From NCBI GenBank assembly GCA_964291315.2, contig OZ219753.1, positions 1,984,001 through 2,048,000 on the forward strand: a stretch of 64,000 nt of DNA, given 5' to 3'. The DNA is from Candidatus Poribacteria bacterium. Lineage in GTDB: Bacteria; Poribacteria; WGA-4E; WGA-3G. Below the pieces are notes generated by a model, which was not told where the DNA came from, made no database searches, and saw only the letters and a program-made list of their open reading frames with translations. The position numbers and the translations under genes were made by a program. Positions 30,885-40,383 of the stretch are shown piece after piece; position 1 is the first letter of the stretch; each line of letters begins with the position of its first letter.

Positions 30885-32516
30885 TTATCTGTTTTCACTG
30901 GACAAAGGAGTCAAACTATTCTCACGCGGGACATAAAGGAATGCGTTTCTACCAACAAAATATTGGGCGTAGACCTTTTCCCAATCGCTGTTTGTCAGCT
31001 TCCAGCCTGGCGCAGGGCCGAGTTTGAAATAGACAATATCTGCTTCCTCAAGACTCTGAAATGGATAGTCTCCAATTGGAGCACCGCGATGCTGAGATAT
31101 AAAAATCACGGCATTGTGAATATCGCGAGCTTCCACCATAGGCGGTAACCTTTGGTAAACAGGGCTCCAATTCTGGTATACCTTCCCGATACGGATGTAA
31201 CTCCATACAAGGTTAACACTGAGTAACAAAAAGCAGATTCCAACACCAGTTGCAAGCCCCGGCCCGTCATGTAATTTGAACCGCTCATAGAGGATAAACA
31301 TGCCGCGTGCTACCAACGGGATGAAGGCAAGGAATATCGATTCAGTATAGTAACGAGCGTTTACAGGTGTAAATCCCCAGGTTGAACCTTCAAAATAAAA
31401 GAAAGCATAGAGCAGCAGATTCCCGAGAATCAAAGCAAAGCATACTACATCGTACCTGTTACGCGAACGGTGGAAGAGGGGGATCAACATGAGGCACCAA
31501 GGCAAAACCAACGGTACGAAAGCAACTAACCATGTTACTGACAATTCAATATCTTTAAACAGATCATGGTGATAGATTCCCCAACCGAGAGCGTTGAAAC
31601 TAATACACGGGAGAATGTGTCTCCACGTTCTCTCGATTGCCCATGCAGGTGTAAAAATGAACGCCTGTTCGATATCAGGTTCATAGCCCTCCATCCGAGC
31701 ACCGAATCCGATTTTGTCGTAGGGCTGCGCAACCGTGTGTGTGAAAGTGAACGGGTCTCCTGTGAAATGTCCGTTCCATGCCATACACATCCCCAGCATT
31801 ATGAAAAACGGGATGAAAAAGAAGCCTGAACGTTTCACTGTGGCGAAAAACGCTCGTCGATCCTGCCATTGAGTAAAAAGATGATAGATCGTTAATCCGC
31901 CTCCGACAACCCCAAAGACAACCGCAGAAAGCGGACGCGTATTAAACACATACCCCAACGCAAATCCTGAGAGCAGTGGATAGCTTATCCGAACCAGGCG
32001 GGAAGCATTACTGCTGCAATTCAACGCCTTAAGAAGCGCGAATAGGTAAACGGAAAGATAGAAACGACTCACGGGCTCACTGAACCACGTTGAGCCCATA
32101 CCAAGTGTTGCAGGTGAAATCAGCGCGAGCCCCGCTGTTACGAGTGCAAGTCCGCTATGAGTATTGCCATATATCTCTTTTACAAACAGATAGAGGAACA
32201 GCAGCGCACCGCCTGTCGCAAGCGCGGGAATCAGCCACGGCGCGCCGATAAACACCCCAAACATCAGCATCAAGGCATTTCCGAACGGATATTTTGAATA
32301 CCATTTGTCGTTTAAAACATTAATATGCGGTGAAGAAGAAAAACCGTGTTCTAACGGCGCGGAAAATGAGAGCTTGCCTTCCGCAAACAACTTCGCTTGA
32401 AATAGATATGAGACAGTATCTGGTTCAAAGTAGGAGAACTGAAAGTAGATACCACACAGAATCACTGAGAATAGTATACCGAGTATAGAAATGATGAAAA
32501 TCGGTTTAACCTTCAT
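30885..32516 (-). CDS. GT-C type (ArnT/PMT-like) integral membrane glycosyltransferase
   Basis: PD..SY.FQAKLFA.G, WYSKYPFG, multiple TM helices, TRP, ARYY. Confidence 0.75.
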   Translation of the reverse strand: MKVKPIFIISILGILFSVILCGIYFQFSYFEPDTVSYLFQAKLFAEGKLSFSAPLEHGFSSSPHINVLNDKWYSKYPFGNALMLMFGVFIGAPWLIPALATGGALLFLYLFVKEIYGNTHSGLALVTAGLALISPATLGMGSTWFSEPVSRFYLSVYLFALLKALNCSSNASRLVRISYPLLSGFALGYVFNTRPLSAVVFGVVGGGLTIYHLFTQWQDRRAFFATVKRSGFFFIPFFIMLGMCMAWNGHFTGDPFTFTHTVAQPYDKIGFGARMEGYEPDIEQAFIFTPAWAIERTWRHILPCISFNALGWGIYHHDLFKDIELSVTWLVAFVPLVLPWCLMLIPLFHRSRNRYDVVCFALILGNLLLYAFFYFEGSTWGFTPVNARYYTESIFLAFIPLVARGMFILYERFKLHDGPGLATGVGICFLLLSVNLVWSYIRIGKVYQNWSPVYQRLPPMVEARDIHNAVIFISQHRGAPIGDYPFQSLEEADIVYFKLGPAPGWKLTNSDWEKVYAQYFVGRNAFLYVPRENSLTPLSSENR

Positions 32517-32542
32517 TCAGTCTCCGAAAATCAGTGAAAAAT

Positions 32543-32571
32543 TTGACATTCGCCTATCAATTGAGTATAAT
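32543..32571 (+). promoter_or_regulatory. sigma70 consensus promoter of the his leader/operon
   Basis: TTGACA-N17-TATAAT perfect match. Confidence 0.85.
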
Positions 32572-32641
32572 ACCATCAAAGTAAATTAAAATCATTAAGA
32601 CTTTTTAACAGCAAGTTTCAACTTGCAAGTGAAAATCAAAA

Positions 32642-32692
32642 ATGTTAGACATTAATACTTTTAATAGGCATCGCCACCATTCGCATTTCTGA
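32642..32692 (+). CDS. hisL: His-rich leader peptide MLDINTFNRHRHHSHF
   Basis: ATG...CAT CGC CAC CAT TCG CAT TTC TGA: 4 His in the last 7 codons, upstream of hisZ-hisG-hisS; functional analogue rather than proven homologue of enteric hisL. Confidence 0.8.
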   Translation: MLDINTFNRHRHHSHF

Positions 32693-32835
32693 GTAGAGCG
32701 GATGAGGGAACATGCTATACATTATTGATACAAAGCAAGTTCAACTTGTTAGTCTCCAGTAAGCGATCCGCTCTTCTCAGTGCTGCACTACTAGTGCGCG
32801 CTAAATATAGGGCATTCGGTTTACTGTTTTTTTTT
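32689..32835 (+). promoter_or_regulatory. transcription attenuator (antiterminator 32689-32703/32766-32780; terminator 32757-32826 plus U-tract)
   Basis: CTGAGTAGAGCGGAT pairs with ATCCGCTCTTCTCAG (14/15); alternative long hairpin CAGTAAGCGA...TCGGTTTACTG followed by T9. Confidence 0.78.
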
Positions 32836-32969
32836 AATTTTTTCGTCCGTAAAGTTTCCCGTTTTTGCCACCGTCAAAAACGGAGAGAAACCTTCACCTT
32901 AGAAATCAAAACTGGAGTTTTTTGCGAACAACACCTGGAGTATGTACCGCTTAGATACATGAACAAAAA

Positions 32970-34406
32970 ATGGAAAAATTTAACAAACCTGATGGAACGA
33001 GCGATTTTTTGCCTGAACAGATGAACCAGCGGAATTTCGTCGAAAAGATCGTTCGTGAAACCTTTGAAAATTACGGATACGCACAAGTTCAGACACCGAT
33101 CTTTGAGTCCTTCGCGCTTTTATCTGCGCAATCCGGTGAAGAAATTCGGCACAAGATGTTCACCTTCGTCGGTTCAGATCGTGTAGATTACGCTTTAAGA
33201 CCAGAAATGACCGCACCCGTCTGTCGACTCATCGCTAACCAGAAACTTGGACACCTTCCTTTCCCTTACAAACTCTACTACATCGGTCAATGTGTCCGAC
33301 AAGAACCAACTGCAGACGGCGCTGAAGTAAAGAGAGAATTTCGACAGGCCGGTATCGAGCTCATTGGACCGGCTTCTGCACCTGCCGATGCAGAGATCAT
33401 AGCGATCCCCATCCGTATCCTTGAAAAACTCAATATTCCACACACAAAGTTAAAAATAGGCAATACTAGAATCTTTCGAGAAATTTTCAAACAAGGCAAG
33501 ATTGATACCAAGGATCACGGCGAAATTATATGGGACATCGACTATCTTGCGCGTCTCCGGGCCGAAGCACAGCTGTGGAATCTGGAAACACTCCGCGACG
33601 CGCTTAATATGTTGAGACGATCACAGGGAACTAACTACAAAGGGAAATACAAGATAGAAGCCGCCGCAGTTCAGGAATTAACGGAAGGTAGCGCTCCCTC
33701 GCTCGCTGCAAAATTGCCTCTGATCGCAGAAGAAACCTATAAAGCACGGTGGTGTCGTTATTTCAATATCTCTGAAGCAGCTGCCACAGCCTGTATAAAT
33801 GTCTCGAAAATCTCGGGAGACAAAGACACGGTTATGGCGGCGTGGAAAGCATCTTTCAGTGAAACACTGCAGTCCGCCCACCAAGAACTCGTCGCACTTT
33901 GCGATTCCCTAGAAAACTACGATATTACAGATTTTGAAATCAACTTAGGTATTACGCGCGGGTTTGATTTTTATACCGGGATGGTATTTCAGATTGAATT
34001 ACCCGGAAAACATCGCCCCCTCTGTGGTGGTGGACGGTACGATGGTCTTGTTGAATCCTTCGGGGGACCATCGACACCCGGGGCAGGATTCGCATTCCAA
34101 TTCGATGCACTTGTAGACGCATTTGCTGACATAGGGAAAATAACCCTTAACAAAGGAAAAGACTATTTCATCGCAGCAGAAACATCAGAACGTGTTGCTG
34201 AGGCACAGCGACTTGCAGAAATGCTACGGAGAAAGGGCAAGAACGTGGAAGTGGATCTGATGGGGCGCGACCTTCAAGCACAAGAAAACTACGCGAATCA
34301 AGCAAGCTACGATTACCTCATTCGTCTAGACTCTGATAATTCGATCCGCCGAATTCAAATCAAAACAGGCAAGACACAAGTAGTCACTGTTCCTGAGCTT
34401 CTATAA
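32970..34406 (+). CDS. hisZ: ATP phosphoribosyltransferase regulatory subunit (HisRS paralogue)
   Basis: LRPEMTAP, REFRQAGIELIG, FYTG, GGGRYDGL; motif 3 lacks the catalytic Arg (FQFDAL); precedes a short hisG. Confidence 0.8.
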   Translation: MEKFNKPDGTSDFLPEQMNQRNFVEKIVRETFENYGYAQVQTPIFESFALLSAQSGEEIRHKMFTFVGSDRVDYALRPEMTAPVCRLIANQKLGHLPFPYKLYYIGQCVRQEPTADGAEVKREFRQAGIELIGPASAPADAEIIAIPIRILEKLNIPHTKLKIGNTRIFREIFKQGKIDTKDHGEIIWDIDYLARLRAEAQLWNLETLRDALNMLRRSQGTNYKGKYKIEAAAVQELTEGSAPSLAAKLPLIAEETYKARWCRYFNISEAAATACINVSKISGDKDTVMAAWKASFSETLQSAHQELVALCDSLENYDITDFEINLGITRGFDFYTGMVFQIELPGKHRPLCGGGRYDGLVESFGGPSTPGAGFAFQFDALVDAFADIGKITLNKGKDYFIAAETSERVAEAQRLAEMLRRKGKNVEVDLMGRDLQAQENYANQASYDYLIRLDSDNSIRRIQIKTGKTQVVTVPELL

Positions 34407-34433
34407 AGGAAAATAGAAAGAGAAAAATCTACA

Positions 34434-35213
34434 ATGCAAACAGAATCGCAACCAATACTGAAACTACTTTTGCCCAAGGGCAGTCTGCAGGCAGAGACCC
34501 TTGAAATGTTTCAGCGTGCAGGCTATGAACTCAACGGATATACTGCAACCGACCGATCCTACCGTGCAACCTTCCGCGACGATAGCAATTTTCAAATCAA
34601 GATTTCACGCCCACAAGAGATACCTGTCTACGTCGGCATGGATGATTGTTACGATATTGGAATTACCGGTCAAGATTGGGTTGAAGAAACTGACGCTGAT
34701 GTTGAGGAAATTCTGCCTTTAGCCTATGGACACATTGACATCATCCTTGCTGTCCGAGAAGAACAAGACAATATTAATACATTCGAGGATTTGATACATC
34801 TCGCTGATAGGAACATCCGCATCTCCACCGAATATTTGAACATCGCAGAGAAGTATATCCTCGAAAAGACAGAAAATAAAATCGCCCCGGCGATTCTGAC
34901 ACCTTGGAAACGCCTGAATACCACGGGGTCTTATCAGTCACCTATCACGCTCATGCTGTCCTTCGGGGCAACCGAAGGAAAACCACCAGAAGAAGCTGAC
35001 GCTATCATTGACAATTCAACGGCATCACGGCGTACTATCAAGGCAAACACACTCAAGGAAATCGAGCTCCTACGCGAATCCGAGTCTACACTCATCGCGA
35101 ATCCAAAGGCACTCAGAAATTCATGGAAGAACAAAAAAATTGAAGAGCTTAAGCAAACACTCCAAAGAGGATTACGTAGACGCAGGAGTCAAGCGCTCCC
35201 CGGACACATTTAA
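34434..35213 (+). CDS. hisG: ATP phosphoribosyltransferase (no C-terminal regulatory domain)
   Basis: LPKGSL, RPQEIP, DIGITG.DW, STEY, SFGATE, ADAIID. Confidence 0.9.
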   Translation: MQTESQPILKLLLPKGSLQAETLEMFQRAGYELNGYTATDRSYRATFRDDSNFQIKISRPQEIPVYVGMDDCYDIGITGQDWVEETDADVEEILPLAYGHIDIILAVREEQDNINTFEDLIHLADRNIRISTEYLNIAEKYILEKTENKIAPAILTPWKRLNTTGSYQSPITLMLSFGATEGKPPEEADAIIDNSTASRRTIKANTLKEIELLRESESTLIANPKALRNSWKNKKIEELKQTLQRGLRRRRSQALPGHI

Positions 35214-35224
35214 AGGAACAAATT

Positions 35225-36556
35225 ATGACAGCACCTCTCATTAAACCGCGTGTCCCCCGAGGAATGCGGGACATTTTACCGGAGCAAATGATTCGGAGAC
35301 AATACGTCATAGATGTCATTCGCGGCGTGTTTGAAGAATTTGGGTTTGAACCTTTACAAACCCCCGCACTTGAATTATCCGAAGTACTCACCGGTAAGTA
35401 TGGCCCAGACGCAGAAAAACTCATCTATCAAGCCCGACACATCGGTGGAAAGGAAGACATTTCCCTGCGTTATGATCTCTCAGTCCCGCTCTGTCGCGTT
35501 GTTGCTATGCATCCACAATTGCCCAAACCCTTTAAACGTTACCAGATTGATCCCGTCTGGCGAGCAGAACGTCCACAAAAGGGACGTTATCGTCAATTCT
35601 TCCAATGTGACGCAGATACGGTTGGTACCGAAAGTATGCTCGCTGACGCTGAAAACGTTAATCTCATCTATCAGGTGCTAACACGACTCGGATTTGAGCA
35701 ATTTTTGATTAATATCAACGATCGGAGGCTCATTACCGGGATTGGGCAATTTGCCGGCGTGCCTTCAAAACAACTCGGCGGACTTTACCGTTCTATTGAT
35801 AAATTGGACAAAATTGGACTATCAGGAGTTAGAGCGGAATTAGCGGAAAACCAAATTTCAGAACCCATGATTGAAAAACTACTTACACTCCTCCAGATTG
35901 AAGGCGACGCAGAGACTGTCCTGAGTGCATTCTCCGCACAACTCGGTGACTCCGAACAGGCAAGCGAGGGAATCGCAGAACTGGAAGAACTTAATACTTA
36001 CCTCACAATACTTGGGGTCCCGGACGAATTTTATAGGATAAACGCCTCAATGGTACGCGGTTTGGAATACTACACCGGCCCTATCTATGAGACGGTTATT
36101 GAAGAACCGAAAATTGGAAGTATCACCGGCGGCGGGAGATACGATGAACTCATTGGAAGCTTTAGTAAACAAAGTTATCCAGCAACAGGAACCAGTTTCG
36201 GCATAGAGCGCATTATTGACGTAATGGAGGAATTCGATATGTTCCCCGCTGCCCTCGGAAAAACAGTCACACAGGTATTAGTGACTGTCTTCGACCCGCA
36301 ACTTGCGCAAGAATCTCTAAGACTTGCAGCACTTCTGCGCAGCAACGGCATCCGAACAGAGCTCTATTGCCGCCCGACACGCATCAGCACGCAGATGAAA
36401 TATGCCGATAATAAAGGCATACCGTACGCTGTTATCCTCGGATCTGATGAAGTAGAAGCTGGCACGGTTGCAATCCGGAACCTCACAAGTAGAGAACAAC
36501 ATGTTGTCAAGCGTGAGAAACTTGTTGAACACATTCAACAAGTGACACGCATATAA
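35225..36556 (+). CDS. hisS: histidine--tRNA ligase
   Basis: PRGMRD, LRYDL, WRAERPQKGRYRQFFQCD, RGLEYYTG, GGGRYD, SFGIER. Confidence 0.96.
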   Translation: MTAPLIKPRVPRGMRDILPEQMIRRQYVIDVIRGVFEEFGFEPLQTPALELSEVLTGKYGPDAEKLIYQARHIGGKEDISLRYDLSVPLCRVVAMHPQLPKPFKRYQIDPVWRAERPQKGRYRQFFQCDADTVGTESMLADAENVNLIYQVLTRLGFEQFLININDRRLITGIGQFAGVPSKQLGGLYRSIDKLDKIGLSGVRAELAENQISEPMIEKLLTLLQIEGDAETVLSAFSAQLGDSEQASEGIAELEELNTYLTILGVPDEFYRINASMVRGLEYYTGPIYETVIEEPKIGSITGGGRYDELIGSFSKQSYPATGTSFGIERIIDVMEEFDMFPAALGKTVTQVLVTVFDPQLAQESLRLAALLRSNGIRTELYCRPTRISTQMKYADNKGIPYAVILGSDEVEAGTVAIRNLTSREQHVVKREKLVEHIQQVTRI

Positions 36557-36581
36557 ACGGTTCACAGCCTCAAACCAGGAG

Positions 36582-37775
36582 ATGAAAATGAGACAGTTGT
36601 ATCAACATTCCAATTTCATTCGCTATCTCTTTTTGATCCTTTGCATTGTTCAAGCAGTGCAATTGACAAGCGCGGGGTGTAGTCACACCCAACCTTACTA
36701 CCACACCGATGTGCCTGAAATAGAGAGACGTGATAGCAAAGCAAACGGAGTACTTCATTATCGTCTTTTACTACTCGGTGATGGTGGTAAACCAACACCG
36801 GATGAACCTGTTCTGAAAACGCTCCGCAAATGGGCAGAAAAAGATGCTACGAAAACAACCATCGTCTTTTTAGGAGATAACATGTATCCCGAGGGTATGA
36901 CAGAACGCAAGAAACATCAAGCAACAGAGCGACTCATGCCACAACTCACCGTTGTCAAAACCGCCGGGGCCCACGGGCTCTTTATTCCCGGAAACCACGA
37001 TTGGTCAAACGGAAAAGCGAAAGGATATAGTGCCCTTCTTGCACAAGAAAAGTTTATCAACGATGCGCTAACCCAGAAACCAACGTTTCTTCCCCCCGGC
37101 GGTTTGCCTGGGCCAGCCGTGCTTGAACTGCCAAAGGTCAACCCTGCAGTCCGACTTATCGTTTTGGACACACATTGGTGGCTCCATCTGCATGAAAAAC
37201 CTCAGAAATCACCAGAATCGGTTATCAAAGAACTTAGCGCCCTATTGGACACAGCATTGCCGGTGGTTGTTGTAGGGCATCATCCGTTGGAAACTTACGG
37301 ACCACATGGAGGCTTCTTTGATTGGAAGTCCCATCTTTTCCCCGCTAGAGAGATAAACAAGTGGCTCTGGATTCCCATGCCTATACTCGGATCCGCATAC
37401 CCTTATTGGCGGAAACACTTGTACAAATCCGATCAGGATATGAGCGGCACACATAACAAGTATATGGTGACACAGCTGAATAGCGCATTTGCCATTCGAA
37501 ACGCGACTCATCCAAACCCACCCCTTTTAATTTATGCCTCCGGACACGATCATTCGCTACAAGTCCTAAAAAATAAACACGTGGACTATCTGCTTATTAG
37601 TGGAGCTGCTTCAAGTCAAAAAGTGACGGAAGTGACATCTGGAGAAAATACTATGTTCGCGCATGAACACACAGGTTTCATGGCAGTGGATTTTTTCACC
37701 AATGGACAAGTCTTGCTACGCGTAGTTGAACCTGAAGGTAAAGGGGTATTATTTCACCGATGGCTGACCTTTTAA
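36582..37775 (+). CDS. exported calcineurin-like metallophosphoesterase
   Basis: GDGG, FLGDN.YP.G, PGNHDW, GHHP, SGHDH; signal or lipobox AG/C. Confidence 0.88.
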   Translation: MKMRQLYQHSNFIRYLFLILCIVQAVQLTSAGCSHTQPYYHTDVPEIERRDSKANGVLHYRLLLLGDGGKPTPDEPVLKTLRKWAEKDATKTTIVFLGDNMYPEGMTERKKHQATERLMPQLTVVKTAGAHGLFIPGNHDWSNGKAKGYSALLAQEKFINDALTQKPTFLPPGGLPGPAVLELPKVNPAVRLIVLDTHWWLHLHEKPQKSPESVIKELSALLDTALPVVVVGHHPLETYGPHGGFFDWKSHLFPAREINKWLWIPMPILGSAYPYWRKHLYKSDQDMSGTHNKYMVTQLNSAFAIRNATHPNPPLLIYASGHDHSLQVLKNKHVDYLLISGAASSQKVTEVTSGENTMFAHEHTGFMAVDFFTNGQVLLRVVEPEGKGVLFHRWLTF

Positions 37776-37854
37776 GACGCTTCTGACAAAATTGTTTCCT
37801 AGCTCTTAACATCAGTTTCAGACCTTATTTATGATTCCTTGCTATGTATGCGAG

Positions 37855-38184
37855 CTACGTTTCTGCTTTGGGATTCTGGCGGGTGTACCTTAAAAATTCT
37901 AGGTCTCGTAAATACGGCTCCACCTCCTCTAATTCAAAACGAACCTCTTGTAGTTCTTCAGAAATCTGCTTTAAATCCGAATTTACCCGATGGTAAGTTT
38001 CTTGAGCTTTGCCCGGGTCATACCCTGATCGCTTCAGAAAATATGATGTTCCCAACCACACACACACGAGTGCCGTAATTGTTGTCGTCCCCATAACTAT
38101 TGCAACAATAGTGGCTATCGCAACCGTAAACTTGACGATAAGGAAAAACAACACGCCTAGAACAATTAGTAGTAACAACGCCAT
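37855..38184 (-). CDS. small membrane protein with C-terminal coiled coil
   Basis: RBS AAGGAG; TM helices, CVWLGTSY, heptad tail. Confidence 0.75.
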   Translation of the reverse strand: MALLLLIVLGVLFFLIVKFTVAIATIVAIVMGTTTITALVCVWLGTSYFLKRSGYDPGKAQETYHRVNSDLKQISEELQEVRFELEEVEPYLRDLEFLRYTRQNPKAET

Positions 38185-38207
38185 CTCTATCTATCTCCTT
38201 TATTTCC

Positions 38208-38435
38208 TTATCCTTTGGCAATTTTAATAAGTCGCTTCACTTCATTTTTGAGAGAAGTCATTTCTTGTTGAATCGCGTTCACTTTTTCCTGCAGTGCCTC
38301 TACTTCACGTTGCGAAGCTCCGGTTCTCAAGCCTTTTTTCTTCGCAGCGTAGGAGGTCCCCATCCAGACGCATCCGAGAGTTGTCAACATAATGCTTCCA
38401 AATACGATAGCAATAATCAGGACAATTTGCGCCAT
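38208..38435 (-). CDS. small membrane protein with C-terminal coiled coil (paralogue of neighbour)
   Basis: RBS GGAGG; TM helix, CVWMGTSY, heptad tail. Confidence 0.75.
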   Translation of the reverse strand: MAQIVLIIAIVFGSIMLTTLGCVWMGTSYAAKKKGLRTGASQREVEALQEKVNAIQQEMTSLKNEVKRLIKIAKG

Positions 38436-38766
38436 TTTTTTAAATTCCTCCAACTTTTGAATAAAGTATTAATCTTACCTGTTAGAGTCAGTAAAATGAT
38501 AAAAGGATAGTAAAAAGTAAGGATATAGTAAATTCCAGATCCACTTGGATACCACGAATAGGCCTGATTAAAGACATCATTCCGAACAGAAAATATACCC
38601 ACAAAAAAAAAGCATCTAATACCTTTCGAGGCTCGGTATTATCTAAAGGTCTGTCTTATGCCTTTCATCTAAAAACCCCTTATTTTCCTTTACCATATAG
38701 CATTTATAAAGCAAAACGAAAACTTTGTGGGTTTCTAAATCTGCAAGAAAGACCTAAAATCTCTTC

Positions 38767-40158
38767 TTAGGGGTTATTACACAGCTCATATACTAATTGT
38801 TCTAGCGTACATATCGCATCCGTTTGACTTGTTTTCAATTTAGTGTCCACTTCTAAGGTTTTCTCAAGTGCAGCAGCGAGTTCCTCGCTTGTGAAAGCGT
38901 GGAGGGTCTGAAAAATTTTGTAGGCGACATAAGGATTCTGCTTCAAGATGTTATGGGTAGCAGACTTAGGTAGCAGACTCCGTATTTCTTCAGAAATCGG
39001 TTCGAATATGTTTTTTTTAAACTCTTGGAGTGGCATGCGACTGCGTAACGGGCGAAGTCCTCTCTTCCCAGCGATTAACTTGGCTTGGAGGGCAAGTCGG
39101 AACTGGCGAGCTATCGTAGCATTAACCGGTATCGGCTCTTGACCACTCGACAACACATCGTGGAGACTTTTCAGTGCCTGCCTGGCTGAACGTTTTCCGA
39201 TCGCATCCGTTAAATCAAAAATACTGTCATGCACATTCTGAGTCACAACGTTTCGGACATCTTGTTCATCTACCTGACGCTTATCACCAACAAAATCTAT
39301 AATCTTGTTGAGGGCCTCAGCAGTAGCATGCATATCACCCCCAGTACGGTTACGAAGTTGTGAAAAAGCACGTGGCGTTATCTGTTTATTGAATTCAGAA
39401 AGCTTCTCTGAAACTTTTGTGTAGAGTGGGTCGCGATTCAATGAGTTCGCAGATCCCGCTAGTGCGAAAGACCTATAGCGTCCAACACTCTCAATCGCTT
39501 TAACAAGTCTGTTCCGTTCATTCACCTCGCCCCTCACAGCAAATATTAGGACACTGTTCTTGGGTAAGTCGCCTTGAAGCCATTCAAGGAGCAATTCAAC
39601 ATCATCGACAGCATCTACTGCTATGGAGGAAAGATCAAGTTGCTGGGTGATTTGTGGTAGACGCTCCAAGAATCCGCGTTCTTCATCGGTCAACTTCGTT
39701 CCCAACTCATTAACAAAAGCATTAACGGCATTTGTAAAGTCAAAATGTCGTTCAGCAATCTGATGCGGTGTGACCTCCAAAAGTTTTGCCAATGTAGAGA
39801 TACATTTTGGTGCATCTGTGGACTCAATCTTAAAGGCGTTTCGGAAAACTGTTATAGGTTTTGAACGTTGCTGAGTTTTAAATAGACCAGCATCACGAAC
39901 CACCACAACCCGCCACTTCGACATGACAGGATAGGTATCCACCTGACTGAGAATTTCTTGGACTGTGACATCTGCCCCTTCCAAGAAAGAGAGATTGAAG
40001 TCCCGTGTCTCAGGCGTAAGGAGGTGCTCAAGCATCTGTTTGAGGGTGCCTTCAACCAGAAAACTTTCCTCACCACAGAGCAGATATACCGGAAAAACTT
40101 TCTTTGACCGGATTTCACGCAGGATATTAGGCGGTGTTCTAGTCTCTTGTTGTCTCAT
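38767..40158 (-). CDS. holA: DNA polymerase III delta subunit with internal insertion
   Basis: PVYLLCGEE.FL, DFN...G, PVMSKWRVVVV, IFDL.DAI, D.KLKT..LE.L. Confidence 0.85.
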   Translation of the reverse strand: MRQQETRTPPNILREIRSKKVFPVYLLCGEESFLVEGTLKQMLEHLLTPETRDFNLSFLEGADVTVQEILSQVDTYPVMSKWRVVVVRDAGLFKTQQRSKPITVFRNAFKIESTDAPKCISTLAKLLEVTPHQIAERHFDFTNAVNAFVNELGTKLTDEERGFLERLPQITQQLDLSSIAVDAVDDVELLLEWLQGDLPKNSVLIFAVRGEVNERNRLVKAIESVGRYRSFALAGSANSLNRDPLYTKVSEKLSEFNKQITPRAFSQLRNRTGGDMHATAEALNKIIDFVGDKRQVDEQDVRNVVTQNVHDSIFDLTDAIGKRSARQALKSLHDVLSSGQEPIPVNATIARQFRLALQAKLIAGKRGLRPLRSRMPLQEFKKNIFEPISEEIRSLLPKSATHNILKQNPYVAYKIFQTLHAFTSEELAAALEKTLEVDTKLKTSQTDAICTLEQLVYELCNNP

Positions 40159-40187
40159 CTGAGCAAACTGCTCCCCATTGCGACTGC

Positions 40188-40373
40188 TCAGGCTGCGTTA
40201 TCACCATCAGCCTGCTTGCGCGTCCCCTCGGTAGCAAAGGTTGAGAAGCGCCTTGTAGCGTTCAGTGTACCGCAACGCGGGCACTTCGTAGTAGGTGGAT
40301 CAGCATCATTCACACGTTGAAGTAATTCAAAATCAACTGTGCAATCATGGCAACGGTATTCAAAAATCGGCAC
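40188..40373 (-). CDS. FmdB-family zinc ribbon protein
   Basis: GTG-PIFEYRC..C...FE....CP.CG..RRFS. Confidence 0.8.
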   Translation of the reverse strand: MPIFEYRCHDCTVDFELLQRVNDADPPTTKCPRCGTLNATRRFSTFATEGTRKQADGDNAA

Positions 40374-40383
40374 TGTTTTTCCC

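Noticed and set aside
32580-32970. T-box riboswitch or 6S RNA upstream of the his genes; ORFs 32725-33024 and 32874-33086
   Set aside because: No T-box consensus on the sense strand; the helices are explained by the leader-peptide attenuator; the ORFs overlap the terminator or hisZ and have no recognisable features.
32970-34406. Second active histidyl-tRNA synthetase
   Set aside because: The motif 3 Arg is missing and the position before a short hisG fits HisZ; canonical hisS is at 35225.
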